Of a DNA stretch of 43,154 nucleotides, positions 43,095 through 43,154 are shown piece by piece. Location of the stretch: contig CALBME010000181.1 in NCBI GenBank assembly GCA_937896295.1, positions 1-43,154 on the forward strand, written 5' to 3'. The notes under the pieces are model-generated. The model was not told where the DNA came from and made no database searches. It worked only from the letters and a program-made list of their open reading frames with translations. Each line of letters begins with the position of its first letter. Position 1 is the stretch's first letter. Both the position numbers and the translations under genes were made by a program. The stretch comes from an uncultured Micavibrio sp. (GTDB lineage: Bacteria; Pseudomonadota; Alphaproteobacteria; Micavibrionales; UBA1664).

Positions 43095-43154
43095 ATGCGC
43101 AGATACGCCCTTACCTTTATGGCTCTGGCCCTCTTCAGTTTCGCCTTCGCCGGC
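43095..43154 (+). CDS. flgI: Start (20 codons) of a signal-peptide protein, probably P-ring protein FlgI (3' end outside the window)
   Basis: GGAAAGGA SD, then ATG. MRRYALTFMALALFSFAFAG is a signal peptide. The call rests on the position divergent from fliX and behind a sigma54 promoter. It is too short to confirm by sequence. Confidence 0.45.
   Translation, partial: MRRYALTFMALALFSFAFAG

Overview
About 60% GC alphaproteobacterial chromosome segment. The taxon is inferred from GTTC-N7-GTTC LexA boxes, a CckA-like kinase, fliX, a Caulobacter-like flagellar gene order and sigma54-type flagellar promoters. Left third is housekeeping: petABC (cytochrome bc1), trmL, hemF, cca, a DUF1285-like gene, a hybrid histidine kinase with a LuxR-type regulator, slt, smpB, an orphan zeta-toxin-like P-loop protein, recA with three SOS boxes, a small SOS-box-proximal gene, pdxS-VOC-pdxT and a large CbbX/SpoVK-type AAA+ ATPase. 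The rest (about 19.1-43.2 kb) is a flagellar/chemotaxis supercluster: cckA, flhB, fliR, fliQ, fliE, flgC, flgB; divergent flhB-C-domain paralog, 87-aa ORF, fliO, fliP; an inserted kinase-like/TetR pair; fliL, fliM, coiled-coil protein, motE-like, cheY, cheZ, two MotB-like proteins and a 1144-aa exported TPR-like protein; then flgF, flgG, flgA, flgH, dksA, fliX and the start of flgI. The best candidate for an undescribed system is the MotB-like pair plus the giant exported protein (28440-33420), which may be a periplasmic motor accessory module. Other leads are an SOS-linked 101-aa protein, an orphan zeta-like kinase, a probable pseudokinase with TetR, and a structured AT-rich repeat element between two terminators. 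No rRNA, tRNA, tmRNA, CRISPR array or transposase was recognised. All family calls come from reading motifs by eye, not from database searches.
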